A DNA stretch of 36,035 nt from positions 1 to 36,035 of IMG/VR virus record IMGVR_UViG_3300045988_105737; one strand, 5' to 3'. This stretch comes from a virus. Shown one piece after another: positions 18,765 through 25,289 of this stretch. How positions within the stretch are numbered: the stretch's first letter is position 1; each line of letters opens with the position of its first letter. Both the position numbers and the translations under genes were made by a program. Below the pieces are notes generated by a model, which saw only the letters and a list, made by a program, of their open reading frames with translations, was not told the origin of the DNA and ran no database searches.

Positions 18765-18816
18765 GATAATGACAGGGTGGGTGGGTAGGATTAAAAATAA
18801 AAGCAGGTGAGTATAT

Positions 18817-19125
18817 GTGCATTCATTATTAGGATATTCATGGACGGAAATTGCGTCGATGTTGGCTGCTGCTTCTGTCTTTTTTAGTGGGGTGTATTGG
18901 CTGGTTAAACATGGAGCCAAAGTGATAAACAACGCAATTATTGTTGGAACATTCCCACTACAACAACAGTTTAAAGAACTAAACAATACGATCAAACAAC
19001 TCAACAACAATTTTGAAGAGCAACACAAAAGCTTAGAGGAATTGAGAGATGAAGTTAGTAGACACCATGATGAGTTGATTGAACACGAAAACCGAATCGG
19101 AAATTTAGAAGGTGATACAAAGTGA
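18817..19125 (+). CDS. Membrane-anchored coiled-coil protein of the lysis cassette (XhlA-like)
   Basis: GTG start after gcaggtgag. One N-terminal TM (IASMLAAASVFFSGVYWLV) and a C-terminal coiled coil ending in HENRIGNLE, resembling XhlA. Confidence 0.45.
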   Translation: MHSLLGYSWTEIASMLAAASVFFSGVYWLVKHGAKVINNAIIVGTFPLQQQFKELNNTIKQLNNNFEEQHKSLEELRDEVSRHHDELIEHENRIGNLEGDTK

Positions 19126-19481
19126 AAATTATCAATGATATTATCGAATGGCTAGTACAGACAGGGCTAGTATCTGTACTGGCTATTTTTTTACTCAAGC
19201 AACTCAAGCCGGTTTTAGATAATAAGGCTGAACATGCATCCACCGAACAGTCAAAAGCATTGTGGACGTTGCTTGAACGAGTGGCAGATATGGCAGTTAC
19301 AAGTTTAGTCGGCCAAGATAAAAGCGGACGTGAAAAGTTTGATGAAGCTAGTATGATTGTTAATGATGTGATGAAAAAACAAGGATATAAGCTTGATTCA
19401 CAAGTTATCCACACCGCGGTTCAATCAGCTTACGAAAAATCAGATTTAACACCAACAGTTAAGATTAAGGAGGATAAATAG
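19122..19481 (+). CDS. Holin (LL-H-type, single N-terminal TM)
   Basis: 119 aa with TM IIEWLVQTGLVSVLAIFLLKQL followed by a long hydrophilic tail. Directly precedes the endolysin. GTG start overlaps the previous stop codon. Confidence 0.65.
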   Translation: MKIINDIIEWLVQTGLVSVLAIFLLKQLKPVLDNKAEHASTEQSKALWTLLERVADMAVTSLVGQDKSGREKFDEASMIVNDVMKKQGYKLDSQVIHTAVQSAYEKSDLTPTVKIKEDK

Positions 19482-19482
19482 C

Positions 19483-20415
19483 ATGGTTATGTACACAGTA
19501 GACGTTTATTCAGGGTCAGATGATAGTATTATCCGTGATCCACATGCTCAAGGAGTAATTGTGAAGGCTACTCAAAGCACCGGATATGTTAATCCAAAGT
19601 GCAATCATCAATGGGATCTAGCTGGAGAACTCGGTAAAAAGCGTGGCTTGTATCATTATGCTGGTGGTGGTAATCCAGTAGCAGAAGCACAGTATTTCAT
19701 CGATAACATCAAAAATTATGTTGGTCAAGGTATGCTGGTGATTGACTGGGAAAAATACCAAAATTCAGCATTTGGCAATACCAACTGGGTTCGCCAATTC
19801 GTAGATGAAGTACACCGTTTAACTGGTGTATGGTGTGTAATTTACGTTTCAGAATCTGCATTAAATCAAGTGGCTAATTGTGCCAAAGATTGCGCTGTTT
19901 GGGTAGCTAAATATGCATCAATGAACTGGAACTCTTGGACAGTACCTGATATGTCTGTATCTAGTGATGCTTTTGGTTCTATTGCTGGTTGGCAATATAC
20001 AGGAGGAGACATGGACCGTTCTATTTGGTATTTGGATGCCAATGCTTGGGATAAGTTTGCTAAACCTAGTGATGAAAAAACACAAATTGAAACGCCTAAA
20101 CCAGTTCCAGCTCCTAGCCAGAATGATGTTAAGTATGACTCATGGACTGATGACTTAGGTGTTAAGTGGTTCAAAGAAAGTGGCAAGTTTACTATCACTG
20201 TTGATGAAGGTATTGTCTTACGTTGGGGAGCCACAACAAGTTCAAGTGAAATCGCAGTACTATCTAAAGGCTCAGTAGTTGAATACGACGCATTTGCACA
20301 TAGTGGGGGATACGTATGGATTAGGCAACCTAGAGGAAACGGTCAATTTGGTTACTTACCAACTGGCGTAAGTGTAAATGGCAAGCGTGTAAATAGCTGG
20401 GGCAATTTTGAATAA
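19483..20415 (+). CDS. Endolysin: GH25 muramidase plus C-terminal SH3b cell-wall-binding domain
   Basis: N-terminal GH25 pattern (VDVYSGSDD ... GVIVKATQSTGYVNP ... DWE). C-terminal SH3b-like GKFTITVDEGIVLRWGATTSS ... GGYVWIRQPRGNGQFGYLPTG. Confidence 0.88.
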   Translation: MVMYTVDVYSGSDDSIIRDPHAQGVIVKATQSTGYVNPKCNHQWDLAGELGKKRGLYHYAGGGNPVAEAQYFIDNIKNYVGQGMLVIDWEKYQNSAFGNTNWVRQFVDEVHRLTGVWCVIYVSESALNQVANCAKDCAVWVAKYASMNWNSWTVPDMSVSSDAFGSIAGWQYTGGDMDRSIWYLDANAWDKFAKPSDEKTQIETPKPVPAPSQNDVKYDSWTDDLGVKWFKESGKFTITVDEGIVLRWGATTSSSEIAVLSKGSVVEYDAFAHSGGYVWIRQPRGNGQFGYLPTGVSVNGKRVNSWGNFE

Positions 20416-20421
20416 TGTTTT

Positions 20422-20449
20422 AAGTCTACCTTGGTAGGCTTATTTTTTT
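20422..20449 (+). terminator. Rho-independent terminator of the late operon
   Basis: Stem aagtctacc (20422-20430) / ggtaggctt (20433-20441) with one G-U pair, followed by a T-run to 20449. Confidence 0.75.
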
Positions 20450-20461
20450 ATGCTTTTAAAA

Positions 20462-20490
20462 TTGATAACAACAGCTTATACTGATATAAT
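20462..20490 (+). promoter_or_regulatory. Near-consensus sigma-A promoter
   Basis: -35 ttgata (20462-20467), a spacer of exactly 17 nt, and -10 tataat (20485-20490). Confidence 0.7.
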
Positions 20491-20496
20491 ATAGTT

Positions 20497-20562
20497 GCAG
20501 GTGCTACAGTGTTGGTGCACTGACTAAACAGATCCTACTAAATTGTAGGATCTTATTTTTTT
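20497..20562 (+). ncRNA. Candidate small RNA (about 65 nt) between promoter and terminator
   Basis: Predicted start about 7 nt after the -10. Contains a 5' hairpin cagtg (20507-20511) / cactg (20518-20522) and a terminator hairpin. No SD or ORF inside. Confidence 0.4.
20530..20562 (+). terminator. Rho-independent terminator
   Basis: Perfect 9-bp stem agatcctac (20530-20538) / gtaggatct (20545-20553), loop taaatt, then tattttttt. Confidence 0.8.
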
Positions 20563-20583
20563 GCACTTTTTTATAAAAAAACT

Positions 20584-20646
20584 ATTGCATTATAGCTCAA
20601 ATGAGATATAATAATAAATGTAAGGAAGATATAAAAACTAGGAGGA
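20584..20646 (+). promoter_or_regulatory. Promoter-operator-leader cassette, copy 1
   Basis: -35 attgca/ttgcat, -10 tataat (20607-20612), and an imperfect 18-bp palindrome atagctcaaatgagatat (20592-20609). The 56-nt block 20591-20646 recurs at 21274-21330. Confidence 0.65.
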
Positions 20647-20655
20647 GTAATTGAA

Positions 20656-21060
20656 ATGAGCAAGAAAAATTTAATGAAGCAAGCGCATAAGCTTGCTAAA
20701 AAAATTGTAGAAAAGGTGGGCGATTATATAATCGCCTTGAAATTAGCCCTTAAGAAAGTTTGGACTATGGCTAAAGCAGGGCGAAAGAAAATGAGTGATA
20801 CTGCATTTAAGAGTGCATTATATGAATTAACTCATCAAAAGAAAGAATATAATGGACCAGAGTTCTTCTGGTTGGGTAGCAAAGGTATTCCAGTTTGGTT
20901 AATGGAAAAGAACCTTGACCAAGCAGAATTACAAGGCGCTCAATTAGCTTATAACATTGGAGTAGAACGTGAAACAGAAAAAGCATTGTTATTATGCTTT
21001 GAAACTGATTTCGGAAATATCACAATGTGGGCTCCAAAGTCAGTTGTTAAAGGTTTCTAA
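20656..21060 (+). CDS. Hypothetical moron protein (134 aa)
   Basis: Strong SD (taggagga). Basic helical N-terminus (LMKQAHKLAKKIVEKVGDY). C-terminal ERETEKALLLCF ... WAPKSVV. No function recognised. Confidence 0.6.
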   Translation: MSKKNLMKQAHKLAKKIVEKVGDYIIALKLALKKVWTMAKAGRKKMSDTAFKSALYELTHQKKEYNGPEFFWLGSKGIPVWLMEKNLDQAELQGAQLAYNIGVERETEKALLLCFETDFGNITMWAPKSVVKGF

Positions 21061-21078
21061 AATTTAGGAGGTTATTCA

Positions 21079-21258
21079 ATGGATATTGATGAAATAAAAA
21101 ATAAAGTAATGGATAGTAATTACAGCGCTTACGACATTCAGAAAAAAACTGGAGTTAGTACGTCAACTATTTATGATTTAAGAAGAAGTAAGCGAAATTT
21201 TGATAATCTTACAATTAAAATTATCAAAAAGTTAGATGAGTATTTTAAAAATAATTGA
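21079..21258 (+). CDS. Small XRE-type HTH protein (59 aa), absent from the ORF track; Aca-like position
   Basis: Translation: MDIDEIKNKVMDSNYSAYDIQKKTGVSTSTIYDLRRSKRNFDNLTIKIIKKLDEYFKNN. HTH core is KKTGVSTSTIYDL. SD taggagg lies 8 nt upstream. Confidence 0.65.
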   Translation: MDIDEIKNKVMDSNYSAYDIQKKTGVSTSTIYDLRRSKRNFDNLTIKIIKKLDEYFKNN

Positions 21259-21266
21259 AAAAAATA

Positions 21267-21330
21267 TTTACAATATAGCTCAAATGAGATATAATAATAG
21301 ATGTAAAGAAGATATACAAAACTAGGAGGA
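21267..21330 (+). promoter_or_regulatory. Promoter-operator-leader cassette, copy 2
   Basis: -35 tttaca (21267-21272), 17-nt spacer, -10 tataat (21290-21295). The block 21274-21330 matches 20591-20646 with 2 substitutions and 1 indel. Confidence 0.7.
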
Positions 21331-21337
21331 AATAACA

Positions 21338-21742
21338 ATGAAATTAGAAGAAACAGAATACATTAAAGTAAGAGATGCAGAAGTAGGCGAAACAGGATGG
21401 GCTTATATTAGTAATGGTTCATACGTTTTGGATAACGTTTTTAAAAGAATCCCACACGGTAGCATATTGGAACTTGAGAAAGATGGATATACCATAAAGA
21501 ATTTTGTTGATAGAAACAAGTTAGATGCAGAAAGAAGAGAACGTGAACACAAAGAGGAGATGGCACGTCAAAACAAAGAATTGCACAAGTATATTGGAAA
21601 GCATGTAAAAACACGTCAAGGTATCGGTGAAATTTTAAGAGTCGAAGGAACATGGGCGATAGCTGAGTTTGAAGACGGAGAGATAAAACATTATACTTTA
21701 TCATCAATCAACGATTTTCTAAAAAACGGAAGAATTTATTAA
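21338..21742 (+). CDS. Hypothetical moron protein (134 aa)
   Basis: Strong SD (taggagga). Has a central charged helix (DAERREREHKEEMARQNKE) and a beta-rich C-terminus. No function recognised. Confidence 0.6.
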   Translation: MKLEETEYIKVRDAEVGETGWAYISNGSYVLDNVFKRIPHGSILELEKDGYTIKNFVDRNKLDAERREREHKEEMARQNKELHKYIGKHVKTRQGIGEILRVEGTWAIAEFEDGEIKHYTLSSINDFLKNGRIY

Positions 21743-21756
21743 GGAGGAAAAATATT

Positions 21757-22191
21757 ATGCCTGACAATGTTTATAAAAATCACAAAAAATTAATCTTAAC
21801 CGTTGCGATAATCTTTGCAATAGTTGGAACAGTTATCCCGGTAATCGGAAATATTATTTTTGGCCTATTAGGATTTATGATTATTTTCCTTACATGTGCG
21901 ACAATAGACTACTTTAAACTTCCTAAAGCTGAAAAGGAAAAGCTAAAGGCTGAAAATCAAGCTATGCAAGATTTCAAAGTCCAAGCACAAAAAAATAAAT
22001 TCAAATGTCCTAATTGTGGTTCTAAGAATATCCAGGCTTTAAGTATCCACAAAAAAGGATTCTCAACTGGTAAGGCTGTTGGTGGTGTCATCCTGACTGG
22101 TGGTGTTGGGGCTTTAGCAGGTTTTGCCGGCAAGAAAACAAAGAAAACTGATTATGTATGTAACGAATGTGGTAAACGTTTCGTATTGTAG
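21757..22191 (+). CDS. Membrane protein with split zinc ribbon
   Basis: Two N-terminal TM helices. CPNCGS (ribbon half 1), then the Gly-rich hydrophobic segment GGVILTGGVGALAGFAG, then CNECGK (ribbon half 2). Confidence 0.6.
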   Translation: MPDNVYKNHKKLILTVAIIFAIVGTVIPVIGNIIFGLLGFMIIFLTCATIDYFKLPKAEKEKLKAENQAMQDFKVQAQKNKFKCPNCGSKNIQALSIHKKGFSTGKAVGGVILTGGVGALAGFAGKKTKKTDYVCNECGKRFVL

Positions 22192-22230
22192 AAAGGAATG
22201 AACATAATGAACGAATTATCATAAAAAAAC

Positions 22231-22264
22231 AAACTCCGCTCAAAAGGTGGAGTTTTTTTATTTT
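22231..22264 (+). terminator. Rho-independent terminator of the moron island
   Basis: Stem aaactcc (22231-22237) / ggagttt (22249-22255), extendable with G-U pairs, followed by tttttttatttt. Confidence 0.75.
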
Positions 22265-22501
22265 GAATACGAGTTGAATACGTTAATCAGCAAACCACAG
22301 AAAAATACAGAAAACTAAAAATCTTATTTTGTGTTAAAATGCTAGTTACAGAAAGGCGTGGAAAAGCTCAAAAAATAGCACATTTAAAATTAAAATTTAA
22401 TCCATACAAAAATATAATTACGTCAAAAAACATTGATATATAAACGATTATAGACACTTTTATAAGTGTCTATTTTTGTTTTGAATATGTAATTGAATAC
22501 G
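22264..22501. other. Candidate attP region with flanking arm-type repeats
   Basis: Non-coding stretch directly 3' of int. tgaatacgagttgaatacg (22264-22282) and tgaatatgtaattgaatacg (22482-22501) are near-identical direct repeats of paired TGAATAY half-sites, about 218 bp apart. The core was not identified. Confidence 0.45.
22451..22482 (+). terminator. Plus-oriented terminator hairpin next to the int 3' end
   Basis: Perfect stem tagacactt (22451-22459) / aagtgtcta (22464-22472), followed by tttttgtttt on the plus strand only. Confidence 0.6.
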
Positions 22502-22507
22502 TATTGA

Positions 22508-23662
22508 TTAAAAATCAATATATTTAGCAAATTTTTCTGCCGTTTTCTCTCTAGCTGATTGTGTAACATGAGTATAGATATCCATGGTTGTTTTTATGTT
22601 TTCATGGCCAAGTCTATCTTGAACCTCTTTAATGCTTGCTCCACTCTCAAATAATAACGATGCATGAGTGTGTCTGAATCCATGCGGTTTGATTGGTGGA
22701 AGATCGTATTTTCTCAAAAAAGACGGAAGAAACTGGTCAATGTATTTGTTTATGAAATTTCCGTTATTTCTATGAAAGATGAATCCGTCGCCTTTATCTA
22801 TGTTTTTACCTTGTTTAAATAATTCTTTTCTGAGTTCGTTTTTCCACGTTCTAAGAGCGTTTAAAGTGGTATCGTCAACTGATATAGTACGTATGCTTTT
22901 ACGTGTCTTAGGCGTTTGTATATGCAAGCCTCCGTTACTATCAATCGCGACAGTTTTATCTATCGTAATGGTTCCATTGTTAAAATCCACGTCAGACCAT
23001 TTTAATGCAGCTAACTCACCTTTACGGATACCAGTGAAAGCAAGAACTCTAAATACTGCATACATTTGATATGTAGAATGTTTCTTTAATGTTTCTAGGA
23101 ATGTTCTTAATTGTTCTTTAGTGTAAAAATTCACTTGCTTATCAGTATCATCTAAAGTCTTTCGTTTCTTCGAAATTATAACGTCGTTCATAGGATTAAC
23201 TTTAATTTGTTTCATCACTTTGGCATAATCAAAAATCCGGCGTGTTAAGTTGATAATATTATTATAGTTTTTGGAAGTTTTGAACATTCGATTAACTTGT
23301 TTTTGACAAAATGCAGTATCTACCTTATCTACTCTTAAAGCTCCAAAATAGGGGAGTATTTGAACGTTTATAATATTGTTTTGAGTGTATGCAGTACTTT
23401 CCTTAACGGTCGTTTTGTATTGCTCAAACCACATTTTATAAACCTCCTCAAAGGTCATAATTTTGCGCTTGCTTGTAGGTAGTCCGTTTTCCATAACCTC
23501 TAATTCAAGTCTTGATAATGTGGCCTTTGCCTCTGCTATTGTCCTAAATCCACGCCTTGTTGTTCGGCGCTGTTTTCCGGTTACTGGGTCAGTTCCTAGA
23601 TACAAGTTAAACATGTAAGCCTTAGAGCCGTCTTTTTTAATGTATTTTTTGATTTTAGTCAT
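22508..23662 (-). CDS. int: Tyrosine integrase
   Basis: 384 aa. C-terminal catalytic region has HGFRHTHASLL and GHENIKTTMDIYTHV (R-H-R-Y type). N-terminal SAM-like domain. Confidence 0.92.
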   Translation of the reverse strand: MTKIKKYIKKDGSKAYMFNLYLGTDPVTGKQRRTTRRGFRTIAEAKATLSRLELEVMENGLPTSKRKIMTFEEVYKMWFEQYKTTVKESTAYTQNNIINVQILPYFGALRVDKVDTAFCQKQVNRMFKTSKNYNNIINLTRRIFDYAKVMKQIKVNPMNDVIISKKRKTLDDTDKQVNFYTKEQLRTFLETLKKHSTYQMYAVFRVLAFTGIRKGELAALKWSDVDFNNGTITIDKTVAIDSNGGLHIQTPKTRKSIRTISVDDTTLNALRTWKNELRKELFKQGKNIDKGDGFIFHRNNGNFINKYIDQFLPSFLRKYDLPPIKPHGFRHTHASLLFESGASIKEVQDRLGHENIKTTMDIYTHVTQSAREKTAEKFAKYIDF

Positions 23663-23680
23663 TGTTTGAACCTCCGTTAG

Positions 23681-23709
23681 AATATACGTTCTTTTTAAGG
23701 CATTTTCAA
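23681..23709 (-). promoter_or_regulatory. Candidate int promoter
   Basis: On the minus strand: -35 ttgaaa (23704-23709), a 17-nt spacer, -10 tatatt (23681-23686), then SD ggagg before the int ATG. Confidence 0.5.
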
Positions 23710-23730
23710 ACCCGTCGATTTCGACGGGTT
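23709..23730. other. Perfect palindromic hairpin between the ImmA-like gene and int
   Basis: aacccgtcga (23709-23718) / tcgacgggtt (23721-23730). No clear T-run on either strand, so its role (terminator, processing or binding site) is uncertain. Confidence 0.4.
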
Positions 23731-23737
23731 ATATAAT

Positions 23738-24178
23738 TTATATGTAGTGTTTATTTGCATTTCTTTCATTAAAAAACTTAGTTATTTCATCAGTAGCAAC
23801 GTCAACCAAATATTCAGGTATGCAGTACTGTCTAATAAAATCATAAACGCTTATATCTTTAATATCTGTATCATTGCAATAAAAAGGTACTAACAACCTA
23901 ACGGCGATTACATTTGTCTGATACTCAATACCTGATTTATTGTTACGTGACGTGTTGTAAAAGGCTAAGTCCGATTTATCCCCGCGTATTATGTGGGATA
24001 GTTCGTGGGCGTACTGGAAAATCAATTCATGTTGTTTATGCCAGTCTAAATTCATCACAACACACATATCTTCGTAAGATGCACCGGATGGAGTATATGG
24101 GTCAAAGTGTTCCCAGATAACACGTATATTATTATTAATCGCAATATTATTCAGATATGATATTATATCGTCAACCAC
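23738..24178 (-). CDS. ImmA/IrrE-family metallopeptidase (anti-repressor protease)
   Basis: HEXXH motif in YAHELSHIIRGD. 146 aa, immediately downstream of and co-oriented with the repressor gene. Confidence 0.8.
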   Translation of the reverse strand: MVDDIISYLNNIAINNNIRVIWEHFDPYTPSGASYEDMCVVMNLDWHKQHELIFQYAHELSHIIRGDKSDLAFYNTSRNNKSGIEYQTNVIAVRLLVPFYCNDTDIKDISVYDFIRQYCIPEYLVDVATDEITKFFNERNANKHYI

Positions 24179-24193
24179 AATAATATACCTCCA

Positions 24194-24535
24194 CTATTTC
24201 AAGTCGTTACGTGTGCCTCTCATCAATCGCCTCATAAACTCTAAATCCTCTTTTGGAATCTGTCTGCCTTCGTAAGTAAAGATAATGCTATCGTCCTCAA
24301 TATCGGCAGTCTTGACGGTTTCAGTTTGAGTGGGTTTTCCGAGCAGGTAATCAACAGAAACACCGTATAATTCAGCCAATTCTTTCAAAGTTTCAAGATC
24401 CGGTTCTCTGCTACCGTATTCATAATTAGCATATGTTTGCATTGTTTTTAAACCAATTTTCTTTGATACATAAGTTTTATTCCAACCTTTACTTTCTCTT
24501 AGATTTTCTAATCTTTTACCTAATTCAACCGACAT
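24194..24535 (-). CDS. CI/ImmR-like XRE-family repressor (113 aa)
   Basis: HTH WNKTYVSKKIGLKTMQTYANYEYGSREP. The ATG at 24535 lies 8 nt after gggagg, while the upstream ATG at 24550 overlaps that SD. Confidence 0.85.
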   Translation of the reverse strand: MSVELGKRLENLRESKGWNKTYVSKKIGLKTMQTYANYEYGSREPDLETLKELAELYGVSVDYLLGKPTQTETVKTADIEDDSIIFTYEGRQIPKEDLEFMRRLMRGTRNDLK

Positions 24536-24569
24536 AGGATAACCTCCCATCTAAATTTATATACTATAT

Positions 24570-24598
24570 TATATATTGGTTAAACAGAAAATACACAA
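24570..24598 (-). promoter_or_regulatory. Leftward (repressor) promoter
   Basis: On the minus strand: -35 ttgtgt (24593-24598), a 17-nt spacer, -10 tatata (24570-24575). Confidence 0.55.
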
Positions 24599-24600
24599 TT

Positions 24601-24617
24601 TTAAACAAAAAGTTTAA
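24601..24617. promoter_or_regulatory. Operator palindrome copy A (ttaaac-N5-gtttaa)
   Basis: ttaaacaaaaagtttaa has perfect 6-5-6 dyad symmetry and lies between the divergent promoters. Confidence 0.6.
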
Positions 24618-24624
24618 AAAAGGT

Positions 24625-24653
24625 ATTTACTTTTACAGAATGTTTAGTATAAT
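24625..24653 (+). promoter_or_regulatory. Rightward (cro / early) promoter
   Basis: -35 atttac/tttact (24625-24631) and -10 tataat (24648-24653). A degenerate operator, ttttac-agaat-gtttag (24631-24647), lies in the spacer. Confidence 0.55.
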
Positions 24654-24665
24654 AATAGTATAAAG

Positions 24666-24682
24666 TTAAACGATATGTTTAA
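24666..24682. promoter_or_regulatory. Operator palindrome copy B
   Basis: ttaaacgatatgtttaa, a perfect 6-5-6 dyad in the cro leader just after the predicted transcription start. Confidence 0.6.
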
Positions 24683-24699
24683 TTAAAGGAGGTGAGAAC

Positions 24700-24906
24700 A
24701 TGACCTTGTTGAAAGAAAATGCAAACTCTATTTTAAAAGAAGAGCTTGAGAGTAGAGGTTTGAAACAAAAGTTTGTGGCTGAAAATATTGGAGTTACAAC
24801 TACATACTTAAGCCAATTATTAAACGGAAGTAGGAACTTAAGTGTTGAAATAGCAATCAAGACGGCACGTTTTTTAAACGTTCCACTTGAAAAAATTTTA
24901 AGCTAA
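24700..24906 (+). CDS. Cro-like XRE-family HTH regulator
   Basis: 68 aa with HTH KQKFVAENIGVTTTYLSQLLNGSRNLS. Divergent from the repressor. SD aaaggaggtga. Confidence 0.8.
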   Translation: MTLLKENANSILKEELESRGLKQKFVAENIGVTTTYLSQLLNGSRNLSVEIAIKTARFLNVPLEKILS

Positions 24907-24908
24907 AG

Positions 24909-24925
24909 TTAAACGATATGTTTAA
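24909..24925. promoter_or_regulatory. Operator palindrome copy C (distal)
   Basis: ttaaacgatatgtttaa, identical to copy B and 243 bp downstream, immediately after the cro stop codon. Confidence 0.6.
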
Positions 24926-24992
24926 TTAAAGGCGGGATTACATCGGAACAAGAGTTATTGAAGAGCTGATCGAAAAAAAGGAGGTGTAATTC

Positions 24993-25277
24993 ATGGAAGT
25001 TACAGTTCCGATAAAAATTGAGGCAAAGGAAGTGGCAAACGAAATTGTCAGTCAAGCACTCAAGGCGTTTGATGCACGTATGAATCTAATGACTGACACA
25101 TACGATTTGCCACCTTATCCAACTCAAGAACAACTTAAGCAATCTTTAGGAATTGGACAAGATCGTTTAAACGAATGGATTGCAATGGGCTTGAAGAAGC
25201 AAATATGGTCAACCAGTTCAATTCGGTTTGATCGCGAAGAAGTTAGACGTTTCTTAAAAGAAAATTTTGAAATTTAA
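24993..25277 (+). CDS. DUF771-like small DNA-binding protein (possible excisionase)
   Basis: 94 aa, second early gene after cro. C-terminal IRFDREEVRRFLKENFEI resembles DUF771/excisionase-type proteins of lactic-acid-bacteria phages, judged from memory. Confidence 0.4.
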   Translation: MEVTVPIKIEAKEVANEIVSQALKAFDARMNLMTDTYDLPPYPTQEQLKQSLGIGQDRLNEWIAMGLKKQIWSTSSIRFDREEVRRFLKENFEI

Positions 25278-25289
25278 GGAGGAACACAA

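Larger units (their letters stand above)
24661..24932 (+). repeat. 29-bp perfect direct repeat pair bracketing cro
   Basis: taaagttaaacgatatgtttaattaaagg occurs at 24661-24689 and 24904-24932. Confidence 0.9.

Noticed and set aside
18672-19414. Two fairly long minus-strand ORFs (118 and 119 aa) antisense to the XhlA-like and holin genes.
   Set aside because: The plus-strand genes have SDs, coupled start/stop overlaps and sensible TM/coiled-coil architecture within a canonical lysis cassette. The minus-strand translations are Cys/Ser/Leu-rich with no SD, so they are shadow ORFs.
20567-20580. 14-bp palindrome ttttttataaaaaa upstream of promoter cassette copy 1, considered as an operator.
   Set aside because: It is low-complexity A/T sequence that continues the terminator T-run, and it is absent from cassette copy 2.
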